Shown here piece after piece: positions 23,001 through 37,590 of a DNA stretch of 64,000 nt (positions within the stretch are counted from its first letter, which is position 1; every line of letters begins with the position of its first letter). The notes under the pieces are model-generated. The model was given only the letters and a program-made list of their open reading frames with translations, searched no databases and was not told the origin of the DNA. The stretch spans positions 3,224,001 to 3,288,000 of the forward strand of contig JBPQGU010000016.1 of the NCBI GenBank assembly GCA_051362555.1, written 5' to 3'. Source of the DNA: Lingula anatina. Its lineage: Eukaryota > Animalia > Brachiopoda. The position numbers and the translations under genes are program-made.

Positions 23001-26000
23001 CTCTATTTCTTCCTTAATAATGACACAACCACTCTTCCAGCACTTTATTCTGACTACAAATGACCAAACACACCTACCAGACACTATAATGAAGAAAAAA
23101 ATTTTTCAACCCTACCTGGCCAAAATTGAAGAAAACTGCCATATCCGGACCTTACGAAAATCACTCAAAATCACCCAAAAATGACCCGTCACCAAATTTT
23201 CCAAAAAGTGATGAAAATCAATCTACCACACCTGTCATTCATAAAAAATGTGGAAACGCGCCCGGATCACTTCATTTAAGCCCCCAATTTCAGCTTTAAA
23301 GATGGCCAAAAAGCACACCTGAGAACAGGATTTGGAGAGAGGGGGGGTGGAGAGAGTTTTTGCTCTATTTCTTCCTTAATAATGACACAACCACTCTTCC
23401 AGCACTTTATTCTGACTACAAATGACCAAACACACCTACCAGACACTATAATGAAGAAAAAAATTTTTCAACCCTACCTGGCCAAAATTGAAGAAAACTG
23501 CCATATCCGGACCTTACGAAAATCACTCAAAATCACCCAAAAATGACCCGTCACCAAATTTTCCAAAAAGTGATGAAAATCAATCTACCACACCTGTCAT
23601 TCATAAAAAATGTGGAAACGCGCCCGGATCACTTCATTAAAGCCCCCAATTTCAGCTTTAAAGATGGCCAAAAAGCACACCTGAGAACAGGATTTGGAGA
23701 GAGGGGGGGTGGAGAGAGTTTTTGCTCTATTTCTTCCTTAATAATGACACAACCACTCTTCCAGCACTTTATTCTGACTACAAATGACCAAACACACCTA
23801 CCAGACACTATAATGAAGAAAAAAATTTTTCAACCCTACCTGGCCAAAATTGAAGAAAACTGCCATATCCGGACCTTACGAAAATCACTCAAAATCACCC
23901 AAAAATGACCCGTCACCAAATTTTCCAAAAAGTGATGAAAATCAATCTACCACACCTGTCATTCATAAAAAATGTGGAAACGCGCCCGGATCACTTCATT
24001 AAAGCCCCCAATTTCAGCTTTAAAGATGGCCAAAAAGCACACCTGAGAACAGGATTTGGAGAGAGGGGGGGTGGAGAGAGTTTTTGCTCTATTTCTTCCT
24101 TAATAATGACACAACCACTCTTCCAGCACTTTATTCTGACTACAAATGACCAAACACACCTACCAGACACTATAATGAAGAAAAAAATTTTTCAACCCTA
24201 CCTGGCCAAAATTGAAGAAAACTGCCATATCCGGACCTTACGAAAATCACTCAAAATCACCCAAAAATGACCCGTCACCAAATTTTCCAAAAAGTGATGA
24301 AAATCAATCTACCACACCTGTCATTCATAAAAAATGTGGAAACGCGCCCGGATCACTTCATTAAAGCCCCCAATTTCAGCTTTAAAGATGGCCAAAAAGC
24401 ACACCTGAGAACAGGATTTGGAGAGAGGGGGGGTGGAGAGAGTTTTTGCTCTATTTCTTCCTTAATAATGACACAACCACTCTTCCAGCACTTTATTCTG
24501 ACTACAAATGACCAAACACACCTACCAGACACTATAATGAAGAAAAAAATTTTTCAACCCTACCTGGCCAAAATTGAAGAAAACTGCCATATCCGGACCT
24601 TACGAAAATCACTCAAAATCACCCAAAAATGACCCGTCACCAAATTTTCCAAAAAGTGAAGTGATGAAAATCAATCTACCACACCTGTCATTCATAAAAA
24701 ATGTGGAAACGCGCCCGGATCACTTCATTAAAGCCCCCAATTTCAGCTTTAAAGATGGCCAAAAAGCACACCTGAGAACAGGATTTGGAGAGAGGGGGGG
24801 TGGAGAGAGTTTTTGCTCTATTTCTTCCTTAATAATGACACAACCACTCTTCCAGCACTTTATTCTGACTACAAATGACCAAACACACCTACCAGACACT
24901 ATAATGAAGAAAAAAATTTTTCAACCCTACCTGGCCAAAATTGAAGAAAACTGCCATATCCGGACCTTACGAAAATCACTCAAAATCACCCAAAAATGAC
25001 CCGTCACCAAATTTTCCAAAAAGTGATGAAAATCAATCTACCACACCTGTCATTCATAAAAAATGTGGAAACGCGCCCAGATCACTTCATTAAAGCCCCC
25101 AATTTCAGCTTTAAAGATGGCCAAAAAGCACACCTGAGAACAGGATTTGGAGAGAGGGGGGGTGGAGAGAGTTTTTGCTCTATTTCTTCCTTAATAATGA
25201 CACAACCACTCTTCCAGCACTTTATTCTGACTACAAATGACCAAACACACCTACCAGACACTATAATGAAGAAAAAAATTTTTCAACCCTACCTGGCCAA
25301 AATTGAAGAAAACTGCCATATCCGGACCTTACGAAAATCACTCAAAATCACCCAAAAATGACCCGTCACCAAATTTTCCAAAAAGTGATGAAAATCAATC
25401 TACCACACCTGTCATTCATAAAAAATGTGGAAACGCGCCCGGATCACTTCATTAAAGCCCCCAATTTCAGCTTTAAAGATGGCCAAAAAGCACACCTGAG
25501 AACAGGATTTGGAGAGAGGGGGGGTGGAGAGAGTTTTTGCTCTATTTCTTCCTTAATAATGACACAACCACTCTTCCAGCACTTTATTCTGACTACAAAT
25601 GACCAAACACACCTACCAGACACTATAATGAAGAAAAAAATTTTTCAACCCTACCTGGCCAAAATTGAAGAAAACTGCCATATCCGGACCTTACGAAAAT
25701 CACTCAAAATCACCCAAAAATGACCCGTCACCAAATTTTCCAAAAAGTGATGAAAATCAATCTACCACACCTGTCATTCATAAAAAATGTGGAAACGCGC
25801 CCGGATCACTTCATTAAAGCCCCCAATTTCAGCTTTAAAGATGGCCAAAAAGCACACCTGAGAACAGGATTTGGAGAGAGGGGGGGTGGAGAGAGTTTTT
25901 GCTCTATTTCTTCCTTAATAATGACACAACCACTCTTCCAGCACTTTATTCTGACTACAAATGACCAAACACACCTACCAGACACTATAATGAAGAAAAA

Positions 26001-29000
26001 AATTTTTCAACCCTACCTGGCCAAAATTGAAGAAAACTGCCATATCCGGACCTTACGAAAATCACTCAAAATCACCCAAAAATGACCCGTCACCAAATTT
26101 TCCAAAAAGTGATGAAAATCAATCTACCACACCTGTCATTCATAAAAAATGTGGAAACGCGCCCGGATCACTTCATTAAAGCCCCCAATTTCAGCTTTAA
26201 AGATGGCCAAAAAGCACACCTGAGAACAGGATTTGGAGAGAGGGGGGGGGGTGGAGAGAGTTTTTGCTCTATTTCTTCCTTAATAATGACACAACCACTC
26301 TTCCAGCACTTTATTCTGACTACAAATGACCAAACACACCTACCAGACACTATAATGAAGAAAAAAATTTTTCAACCCTACCTGGCCAAAATTGAAGAAA
26401 ACTGCCATATCCGGACCTTACGAAAATCACTCAAAATCACCCAAAAATGACCCGTCACCAAATTTTCCAAAAAGTGATGAAAATCAATCTACCACACCTG
26501 TCATTCATAAAAAATGTGGAAACGCGCCCGGATCACTTCATTAAAGCCCCCAATTTCAGCTTTGAAGATGGCCAAAAAGCACACCTGAGAACAGGATTTG
26601 GAGAGAGGGGGGGGTGGAGAGAGTTTTTGCTCTATTTCTTCCTTAATAATGACACAACCACTCTTCCAGCACTTTATTCTGACTACAAATGACCAAACAC
26701 ACCTACCAGACACTATAATGAAGAAAAAAATTTTTCAACCCTACCTGGCCAAAATTGAAGAAAACTGCCATATCCGGACCTTACGAAAATCACTCAAAAT
26801 CACCCAAAAATGACCCGTCACCAAATTTTCCAAAAAGTGATGAAAATCAATCTACCACACCTGTCATTCATAAAAAATGTGGAAACGCGCCCGGATCACT
26901 TCATTAAAGCCCCCAATTTCAGCTTTAAAGATGGCCAAAAAGCACACCTGAGAACAGGATTTGGAGAGAGGGGGGGGGTGGAGAGAGTTTTTGCTCTATT
27001 TCTTCCTTAATAATGACACAACCACTCTTCCAGCACTTTATTCTGACTACAAATGACCAAACACACCTACCAGACACTATAATGAAGAAAAAAATTTTTC
27101 AACCCTACCTGGCCAAAATTGAAGAAAACTGCCATATCCGGACCTTACGAAAATCACTCAAAATCACCCAAAAATGACCCGTCACCAAATTTTCCAAAAA
27201 GTGATGAAAATCAATCTACCACACCTGTCATTCATAAAAAATGTGGAAACGCGCCCGGATCACTTCATTAAAGCCCCCAATTTCAGCTTTAAAGATGGCC
27301 AAAAAGCACACCTGAGAACAGGATTTGGAGAGAGGGGGGGGGTGGAGAGAGTTTTTGCTCTATTTCTTCCTTAATAATGACACAACCACTCTTCCAGCAC
27401 TTTATTCTGACTACAAATGACCAAACACACCTACCAGACACTATAATGAAGAAAAAAATTTTTCAACCCTACCTGGCCAAAATTGAAGAAAACTGCCATA
27501 TCCGGACCTTACGAAAATCACTCAAAATCACCCAAAAATGACCCGTCACCAAATTTTCCAAAAAGTGATGAAAATCAATCTACCACACCTGTCATTCATA
27601 AAAAATGTGGAAACGCGCCCGGATCACTTCATTAAAGCCCCCAATTTCAGCTTTAAAGATGGCCAAAAAGCACACCTGAGAACAGGATTTGGAGAGAGGG
27701 GGGGGGTGGAGAGAGTTTTTGCTCTATTTCTTCCTTAATAATGACACAACCACTCTTCCAGCACTTTATTCTGACTACAAATGACCAAACACACCTACCA
27801 GACACTATAATGAAGAAAAAAATTTTTCAACCCTACCTGGCCAAAATTGAAGAAAACTGCCATATCCGGACCTTACGAAAATCACTCAAAATCACCCAAA
27901 AATGACCCGTCACCAAATTTTCCAAAAAGTGATGAAAATCAATCTACCACACCTGTCATTCATAAAAAATGTGGAAACGCGCCCGGATCACTTCATTAAA
28001 GCCCCCAATTTCAGCTTTGAAGATGGCCAAAAAGCACACCTGAGAACAGGATTTGGAGAGAGGGGGGGGTGGAGAGAGTTTTTGCTCTATTTCTTCCTTA
28101 ATAATGACACAACCACTCTTCCAGCACTTTATTCTGACTACAAATGACCAAACACACCTACCAGACACTATAATGAAGAAAAAAATTTTTCAACCCTACC
28201 TGGCCAAAATTGAAGAAAACTGCCATATCCGGACCTTACGAAAATCACTCAAAATCACCCAAAAATGACCCGTCACCAAATTTTCCAAAAAGTGATGAAA
28301 ATCAATCTACCACACCTGTCATTCATAAAAAATGTGGAAACGCGCCCGGATCACTTCATTAAAGCCCCCAATTTCAGCTTTAAAGATGGCCAAAAAGCAC
28401 ACCTGAGAACAGGATTTGGAGAGAGGGGGGGGGGTGGAGAGAGTTTTTGCTCTATTTCTTCCTTAATAATGACACAACCACTCTTCCAGCACTTTATTCT
28501 GACTACAAATGACCAAACACACCTACCAGACACTATAATGAAGAAAAAAATTTTTCAACCCTACCTGGCCAAAATTGAAGAAAACTGCCATATCCGGACC
28601 TTACGAAAATCACTCAAAATCACCCAAAAATGACCCGTCACCAAATTTTCCAAAAAGTGATGAAAATCAATCTACCACACCTGTCATTCATAAAAAATGT
28701 GGAAACGCGCCCGGATCACTTCATTAAAGCCCCCAATTTCAGCTTTAAAGATGGCCAAAAAGCACACCTGAGAACAGGATTTGGAGAGAGGGGGGGGTGG
28801 AGAGAGTTTTTGCTCTATTTCTTCCTTAATAATGACACAACCACTCTTCCAGCACTTTATTCTGACTACAAATGACCAAACACACCTACCAGACACTATA
28901 ATGAAGAAAAAAATTTTTCAACCCTACCTGGCCAAAATTGAAGAAAACTGCCATATCCGGACCTTACGAAAATCACTCAAAATCACCCAAAAATGACCCG

Positions 29001-32000
29001 TCACCAAATTTTCCAAAAAGTGATGAAAATCAATCTACCACACCTGTCATTCATAAAAAATGTGGAAACGCGCCCGGATCACTTCATTAAAGCCCCCAAT
29101 TTCAGCTTTAAAGATGGCCAAAAAGCACACCTGAGAACAGGATTTGGAGAGAGGGGGGGGTGGAGAGAGTTTTTGCTCTATTTCTTCCTTAATAATGACA
29201 CAACCACTCTTCCAGCACTTTATTCTGACTACAAATGACCAAACACACCTACCAGACACTATAATGAAGAAAAAAATTTTTCAACCCTACCTGGCCAAAA
29301 TTGAAGAAAACTGCCATATCCGGACCTTACGAAAATCACTCAAAATCACCCAAAAATGACCCGTCACCAAATTTTCCAAAAAGTGATGAAAATCAATCTA
29401 CCACACCTGTCATTCATAAAAAATGTGGAAACGCGCCCGGATCACTTCATTAAAGCCCCCAATTTCAGCTTTAAAGATGGCCAAAAAGCACACCTGAGAA
29501 CAGGATTTGGAGAGAGGGGGGGTGGAGAGAGTTTTTGCTCTATTTCTTCCTTAATAATGACACAACCACTCTTCCAGCACTTTATTCTGACTACAAATGA
29601 CCAAACACACCTACCAGACACTATAATGAAGAAAAAAATTTTTCAACCCTACCTGGCCAAAATTGAAGAAAACTGCCATATCCGGACCTTACGAAAATCA
29701 CTCAAAATCACCCAAAAATGACCCGTCACCAAATTTTCCAAAAAGTGATGAAAATCAATCTACCACACCTGTCATTCATAAAAAATGTGGAAACGCGCCC
29801 GGATCACTTCATTAAAGCCCCCAATTTCAGCTTTAAAGATGGCCAAAAAGCACACCTGAGAACAGGATTTGGAGAGAGGGGGGGTGGAGAGAGTTTTTGC
29901 TCTATTTCTTCCTTAATAATGACACAACCACTCTTCCAGCACTTTATTCTGACTACAAATGACCAAACACACCTACCAGACACTATAATGAAGAAAAAAA
30001 TTTTTCAACCCTACCTGGCCAAAATTGAAGAAAACTGCCATATCCGGACCTTACGAAAATCACTCAAAATCACCCAAAAATGACCCGTCACCAAATTTTC
30101 CAAAAAGTGATGAAAATCAATCTACCACACCTGTCATTCATAAAAAATGTGGAAACGCGCCCGGATCACTTCATTAAAGCCCCCAATTTCAGCTTTAAAG
30201 ATGGCCAAAAAGCACACCTGAGAACAGGATTTGGAGAGAGGGGGGGGTGGAGAGAGTTTTTGCTCTATTTCTTCCTTAATAATGACACAACCACTCTTCC
30301 AGCACTTTATTCTGACTACAAATGACCAAACACACCTACCAGACACTATAATGAAGAAAAAAATTTTTCAACCCTACCTGGCCAAAATTGAAGAAAACTG
30401 CCATATCCGGACCTTACGAAAATCACTCAAAATCACCCAAAAATGACCCGTCACCAAATTTTCCAAAAAGTGATGAAAATCAATCTACCACACCTGTCAT
30501 TCATAAAAAATGTGGAAACGCGCCCGGATCACTTCATTAAAGCCCCCAATTTCAGCTTTAAAGATGGCCAAAAAGCACACCTGAGAACAGGATTTGGAGA
30601 GAGGGGGGGGTGGAGAGAGTTTTTGCTCTATTTCTTCCTTAATAATGACACAACCACTCTTCCAGCACTTTATTCTGACTACAAATGACCAAACACACCT
30701 ACCAGACACTATAATGAAGAAAAAAATTTTTCAACCCTACCTGGCCAAAATTGAAGAAAACTGCCATATCCGGACCTTACGAAAATCACTCAAAATCACC
30801 CAAAAATGACCCGTCACCAAATTTTCCAAAAAGTGATGAAAATCAATCTACCACACCTGTCATTCATAAAAAATGTGGAAACGCGCCCGGATCACTTCAT
30901 TAAAGCCCCCAATTTCAGCTTTAAAGATGGCCAAAAAGCACACCTGAGAACAGGATTTGGAGAGAGGGGGGGTGGAGAGAGTTTTTGCTCTATTTCTTCC
31001 TTAATAATGACACAACCACTCTTCCAGCACTTTATTCTGACTACAAATGACCAAACACACCTACCAGACACTATAATGAAGAAAAAAATTTTTCAACCCT
31101 ACCTGGCCAAAATTGAAGAAAACTGCCATATCCGGACCTTACGAAAATCACTCAAAATCACCCAAAAATGACCCGTCACCAAATTTTCCAAAAAGTGATG
31201 AAAATCAATCTACCACACCTGTCATTCATAAAAAATGTGGAAACGCGCCCGGATCACTTCATTAAAGCCCCCAATTTCAGCTTTAAAGATGGCCAAAAAG
31301 CACACCTGAGAACAGGATTTGGAGAGAGGGGGGGTGGAGAGAGTTTTTGCTCTATTTCTTCCTTAATAATGACACAACCACTCTTCCAGCACTTTATTCT
31401 GACTACAAATGACCAAACACACCTACCAGACACTATAATGAAGAAAAAAATTTTTCAACCCTACCTGGCCAAAATTGAAGAAAACTGCCATATCCGGACC
31501 TTACGAAAATCACTCAAAATCACCCAAAAATGACCCGTCACCAAATTTTCCAAAAAGTGATGAAAATCAATCTACCACACCTGTCATTCATAAAAAATGT
31601 GGAAACGCGCCCGGATCACTTCATTAAAGCCCCCAATTTCAGCTTTAAAGATGGCCAAAAAGCACACCTGAGAACAGGATTTGGAGAGAGGGGGGGGTGG
31701 AGAGAGTTTTTGCTCTATTTCTTCCTTAATAATGACACAACCACTCTTCCAGCACTTTATTCTGACTACAAATGACCAAACACACCTACCAGACACTATA
31801 ATGAAGAAAAAAATTTTTCAACCCTACCTGGCCAAAATTGAAGAAAACTGCCATATCCGGACCTTACGAAAATCACTCAAAATCACCCAAAAATGACCCG
31901 TCACCAAATTTTCCAAAAAGTGATGAAAATCAATCTACCACACCTGTCATTCATAAAAAATGTGGAAACGCGCCCGGATCACTTCATTAAAGCCCCCAAT

Positions 32001-35000
32001 TTCAGCTTTAAAGATGGCCAAAAAGCACACCTGAGAACAGGATTTGGAGAGAGGGGGGGTGGAGAGAGTTTTTGCTCTATTTCTTCCTTAATAATGACAC
32101 AACCACTCTTCCAGCACTTTATTCTGACTACAAATGACCAAACACACCTACCAGACACTATAATGAAGAAAAAAATTTTTCAACCCTACCTGGCCAAAAT
32201 TGAAGAAAACTGCCATATCCGGACCTTACGAAAATCACTCAAAATCACCCAAAAATGACCCGTCACCAAATTTTCCAAAAAGTGATGAAAATCAATCTAC
32301 CACACCTGTCATTCATAAAAAATGTGGAAACGCGCCCGGATCACTTCATTAAAGCCCCCAATTTCAGCTTTAAAGATGGCCAAAAAGCACACCTGAGAAC
32401 AGGATTTGGAGAGAGGGGGGGTGGAGAGAGTTTTTGCTCTATTTCTTCCTTAATAATGACACAACCACTCTTCCAGCACTTTATTCTGACTACAAATGAC
32501 CAAACACACCTACCAGACACTATAATGAAGAAAAAAATTTTTCAACCCTACCTGGCCAAAATTGAAGAAAACTGCCATATCCGGACCTTACGAAAATCAC
32601 TCAAAATCACCCAAAAATGACCCGTCACCAAATTTTCCAAAAAGTGATGAAAATCAATCTACCACACCTGTCATTCATAAAAAATGTGGAAACGCGCCCG
32701 GATCACTTCATTAAAGCCCCCAATTTCAGCTTTAAAGATGGCCAAAAAGCACACCTGAGAACAGGATTTGGAGAGAGGGGGGGTGGAGAGAGTTTTTGCT
32801 CTATTTCTTCCTTAATAATGACACAACCACTCTTCCAGCACTTTATTCTGACTACAAATGACCAAACACACCTACCAGACACTATAATGAAGAAAAAAAT
32901 TTTTCAACCCTACCTGGCCAAAATTGAAGAAAACTGCCATATCCGGACCTTACGAAAATCACTCAAAATCACCCAAAAATGACCCGTCACCAAATTTTCC
33001 AAAAAGTGATGAAAATCAATCTACCACACCTGTCATTCATAAAAAATGTGGAAACGCGCCCGGATCACTTCATTAAAGCCCCCAATTTCAGCTTTAAAGA
33101 TGGCCAAAAAGCACACCTGAGAACAGGATTTGGAGAGAGGGGGGGTGGAGAGAGTTTTTGCTCTATTTCTTCCTTAATAATGACACAACCACTCTTCCAG
33201 CACTTTATTCTGACTACAAATGACCAAACACACCTACCAGACACTATAATGAAGAAAAAAATTTTTCAACCCTACCTGGCCAAAATTGAAGAAAACTGCC
33301 ATATCCGGACCTTACGAAAATCACTCAAAATCACCCAAAAATGACCCGTCACCAAATTTTCCAAAAAGTGATGAAAATCAATCTACCACACCTGTCATTC
33401 ATAAAAAATGTGGAAACGCGCCCGGATCACTTCATTAAAGCCCCCAATTTCAGCTTTAAAGATGGCCAAAAAGCACACCTGAGAACAGGATTTGGAGAGA
33501 GGGGGGGTGGAGAGAGTTTTTGCTCTATTTCTTCCTTAATAATGACACAACCACTCTTCCAGCACTTTATTCTGACTACAAATGACCAAACACACCTACC
33601 AGACACTATAATGAAGAAAAAAATTTTTCAACCCTACCTGGCCAAAATTGAAGAAAACTGCCATATCCGGACCTTACGAAAATCACTCAAAATCACCCAA
33701 AAATGACCCGTCACCAAATTTTCCAAAAAGTGATGAAAATCAATCTACCACACCTGTCATTCATAAAAAATGTGGAAACGCGCCCGGATCACTTCATTAA
33801 AGCCCCCAATTTCAGCTTTAAAGATGGCCAAAAAGCACACCTGAGAACAGGATTTGGAGAGAGGGGGGGGTGGAGAGAGTTTTTGCTCTATTTCTTCCTT
33901 AATAATGACACAACCACTCTTCCAGCACTTTATTCTGACTACAAATGACCAAACACACCTACCAGACACTATAATGAAGAAAAAAATTTTTCAACCCTAC
34001 CTGGCCAAAATTGAAGAAAACTGCCATATCCGGACCTTACGAAAATCACTCAAAATCACCCAAAAATGACCCGTCACCAAATTTTCCAAAAAGTGATGAA
34101 AATCAATCTACCACACCTGTCATTCATAAAAAATGTGGAAACGCGCCCGGATCACTTCATTAAAGCCCCCAATTTCAGCTTTAAAGATGGCCAAAAAGCA
34201 CACCTGAGAACAGGATTTGGAGAGAGGGGGGGTGGAGAGAGTTTTTGCTCTATTTCTTCCTTAATAATGACACAACCACTCTTCCAGCACTTTATTCTGA
34301 CTACAAATGACCAAACACACCTACCAGACACTATAATGAAGAAAAAAATTTTTCAACCCTACCTGGCCAAAATTGAAGAAAACTGCCATATCCGGACCTT
34401 ACGAAAATCACTCAAAATCACCCAAAAATGACCCGTCACCAAATTTTCCAAAAAGTGATGAAAATCAATCTACCACACCTGTCATTCATAAAAAATGTGG
34501 AAACGCGCCCGGATCACTTCATTAAAGCCCCCAATTTCAGCTTTAAAGATGGCCAAAAAGCACACCTGAGAACAGGATTTGGAGAGAGGGGGGGTGGAGA
34601 GAGTTTTTGCTCTATTTCTTCCTTAATAATGACACAACCACTCTTCCAGCACTTTATTCTGACTACAAATGACCAAACACACCTACCAGACACTATAATG
34701 AAGAAAAAAATTTTTCAACCCTACCTGGCCAAAATTGAAGAAAACTGCCATATCCGGACCTTACGAAAATCACTCAAAATCACCCAAAAATGACCCGTCA
34801 CCAAATTTTCCAAAAAGTGATGAAAATCAATCTACCACACCTGTCATTCATAAAAAATGTGGAAACGCGCCCGGATCACTTCATTAAAGCCCCCAATTTC
34901 AGCTTTAAAGATGGCCAAAAAGCACACCTGAGAACAGGATTTGGAGAGAGGGGGGGTGGAGAGAGTTTTTGCTCTATTTCTTCCTTAATAATGACACAAC

Positions 35001-37590
35001 CACTCTTCCAGCACTTTATTCTGACTACAAATGACCAAACACACCTACCAGACACTATAATGAAGAAAAAAATTTTTCAACCCTACCTGGCCAAAATTGA
35101 AGAAAACTGCCATATCCGGACCTTACGAAAATCACTCAAAATCACCCAAAAATGACCCGTCACCAAATTTTCCAAAAAGTGATGAAAATCAATCTACCAC
35201 ACCTGTCATTCATAAAAAATGTGGAAACGCGCCCGGATCACTTCATTAAAGCCCCCAATTTCAGCTTTAAAGATGGCCAAAAAGCACACCTGAGAACAGG
35301 ATTTGGAGAGAGGGGGGGTGGAGAGAGTTTTTGCTCTATTTCTTCCTTAATAATGACACAACCACTCTTCCAGCACTTTATTCTGACTACAAATGACCAA
35401 ACACACCTACCAGACACTATAATGAAGAAAAAAATTTTTCAACCCTACCTGGCCAAAATTGAAGAAAACTGCCATATCCGGACCTTACGAAAATCACTCA
35501 AAATCACCCAAAAATGACCCGTCACCAAATTTTCCAAAAAGTGATGAAAATCAATCTACCACACCTGTCATTCATAAAAAATGTGGAAACGCGCCCGGAT
35601 CACTTCATTAAAGCCCCCAATTTCAGCTTTAAAGATGGCCAAAAAGCACACCTGAGAACAGGATTTGGAGAGAGGGGGGGTGGAGAGAGTTTTTGCTCTA
35701 TTTCTTCCTTAATAATGACACAACCACTCTTCCAGCACTTTATTCTGACTACAAATGACCAAACACACCTACCAGACACTATAATGAAGAAAAAAATTTT
35801 TCAACCCTACCTGGCCAAAATTGAAGAAAACTGCCATATCCGGACCTTACGAAAATCACTCAAAATCACCCAAAAATGACCCGTCACCAAATTTTCCAAA
35901 AAGTGATGAAAATCAATCTACCACACCTGTCATTCATAAAAAATGTGGAAACGCGCCCGGATCACTTCATTAAAGCCCCCAATTTCAGCTTTAAAGATGG
36001 CCAAAAAGCACACCTGAGAACAGGATTTGGAGAGAGGGGGGGTGGAGAGAGTTTTTGCTCTATTTCTTCCTTAATAATGACACAACCACTCTTCCAGCAC
36101 TTTATTCTGACTACAAATGACCAAACACACCTACCAGACACTATAATGAAGAAAAAAATTTTTCAACCCTACCTGGCCAAAATTGAAGAAAACTGCCATA
36201 TCCGGACCTTACGAAAATCACTCAAAATCACCCAAAAATGACCCGTCACCAAATTTTCCAAAAAGTGATGAAAATCAATCTACCACACCTGTCATTCATA
36301 AAAAATGTGGAAACGCGCCCGGATCACTTCATTAAAGCCCCCAATTTCAGCTTTAAAGATGGCCAAAAAGCACACCTGAGAACAGGATTTGGAGAGAGGG
36401 GGGGGTGGAGAGAGTTTTTGCTCTATTTCTTCCTTAATAATGACACAACCACTCTTCCAGCACTTTATTCTGACTACAAATGACCAAACACACCTACCAG
36501 ACACTATAATGAAGAAAAAAATTTTTCAACCCTACCTGGCCAAAATTGAAGAAAACTGCCATATCCGGACCTTACGAAAATCACTCAAAATCACCCAAAA
36601 ATGACCCGTCACCAAATTTTCCAAAAAGTGATGAAAATCAATCTACCACACCTGTCATTCATAAAAAATGTGGAAACGCGCCCGGATCACTTCATTAAAG
36701 CCCCCAATTTCAGCTTTAAAGATGGCCAAAAAGCACACCTGAGAACAGGATTTGGAGAGAGGGGGGGTGGAGAGAGTTTTTGCTCTATTTCTTCCTTAAT
36801 AATGACACAACCACTCTTCCAGCACTTTATTCTGACTACAAATGACCAAACACACCTACCAGACACTATAATGAAGAAAAAAATTTTTCAACCCTACCTG
36901 GCCAAAATTGAAGAAAACTGCCATATCCGGACCTTACGAAAATCACTCAAAATCACCCAAAAATGACCCGTCACCAAATTTTCCAAAAAGTGATGAAAAT
37001 CAATCTACCACACCTGTCATTCATAAAAAATGTGGAAACGCGCCCGGATCACTTCATTAAAGCCCCCAATTTCAGCTTTAAAGATGGCCAAAAAGCACAC
37101 CTGAGAACAGGATTTGGAGAGAGGGGGGGTGGAGAGAGTTTTTGCTCTATTTCTTCCTTAATAATGACACAACCACTCTTCCAGCACTTTATTCTGACTA
37201 CAAATGACCAAACACACCTACCAGACACTATAATGAAGAAAAAAATTTTTCAACCCTACCTGGCCAAAATTGAAGAAAACTGCCATATCCGGACCTTACG
37301 AAAATCACTCAAAATCACCCAAAAATGACCCGTCACCAAATTTTCCAAAAAGTGATGAAAATCAATCTACCACACCTGTCATTCATAAAAAATGTGGAAA
37401 CGCGCCCGGATCACTTCATTAAAGCCCCCAATTTCAGCTTTAAAGATGGCCAAAAAGCACACCTGAGAACAGGATTTGGAGAGAGGGGGGGTGGAGAGAG
37501 TTTTTGCTCTATTTCTTCCTTAATAATGACACAACCACTCTTCCAGCACTTTATTCTGACTACAAATGACCAAACACACCTACCAGACAC

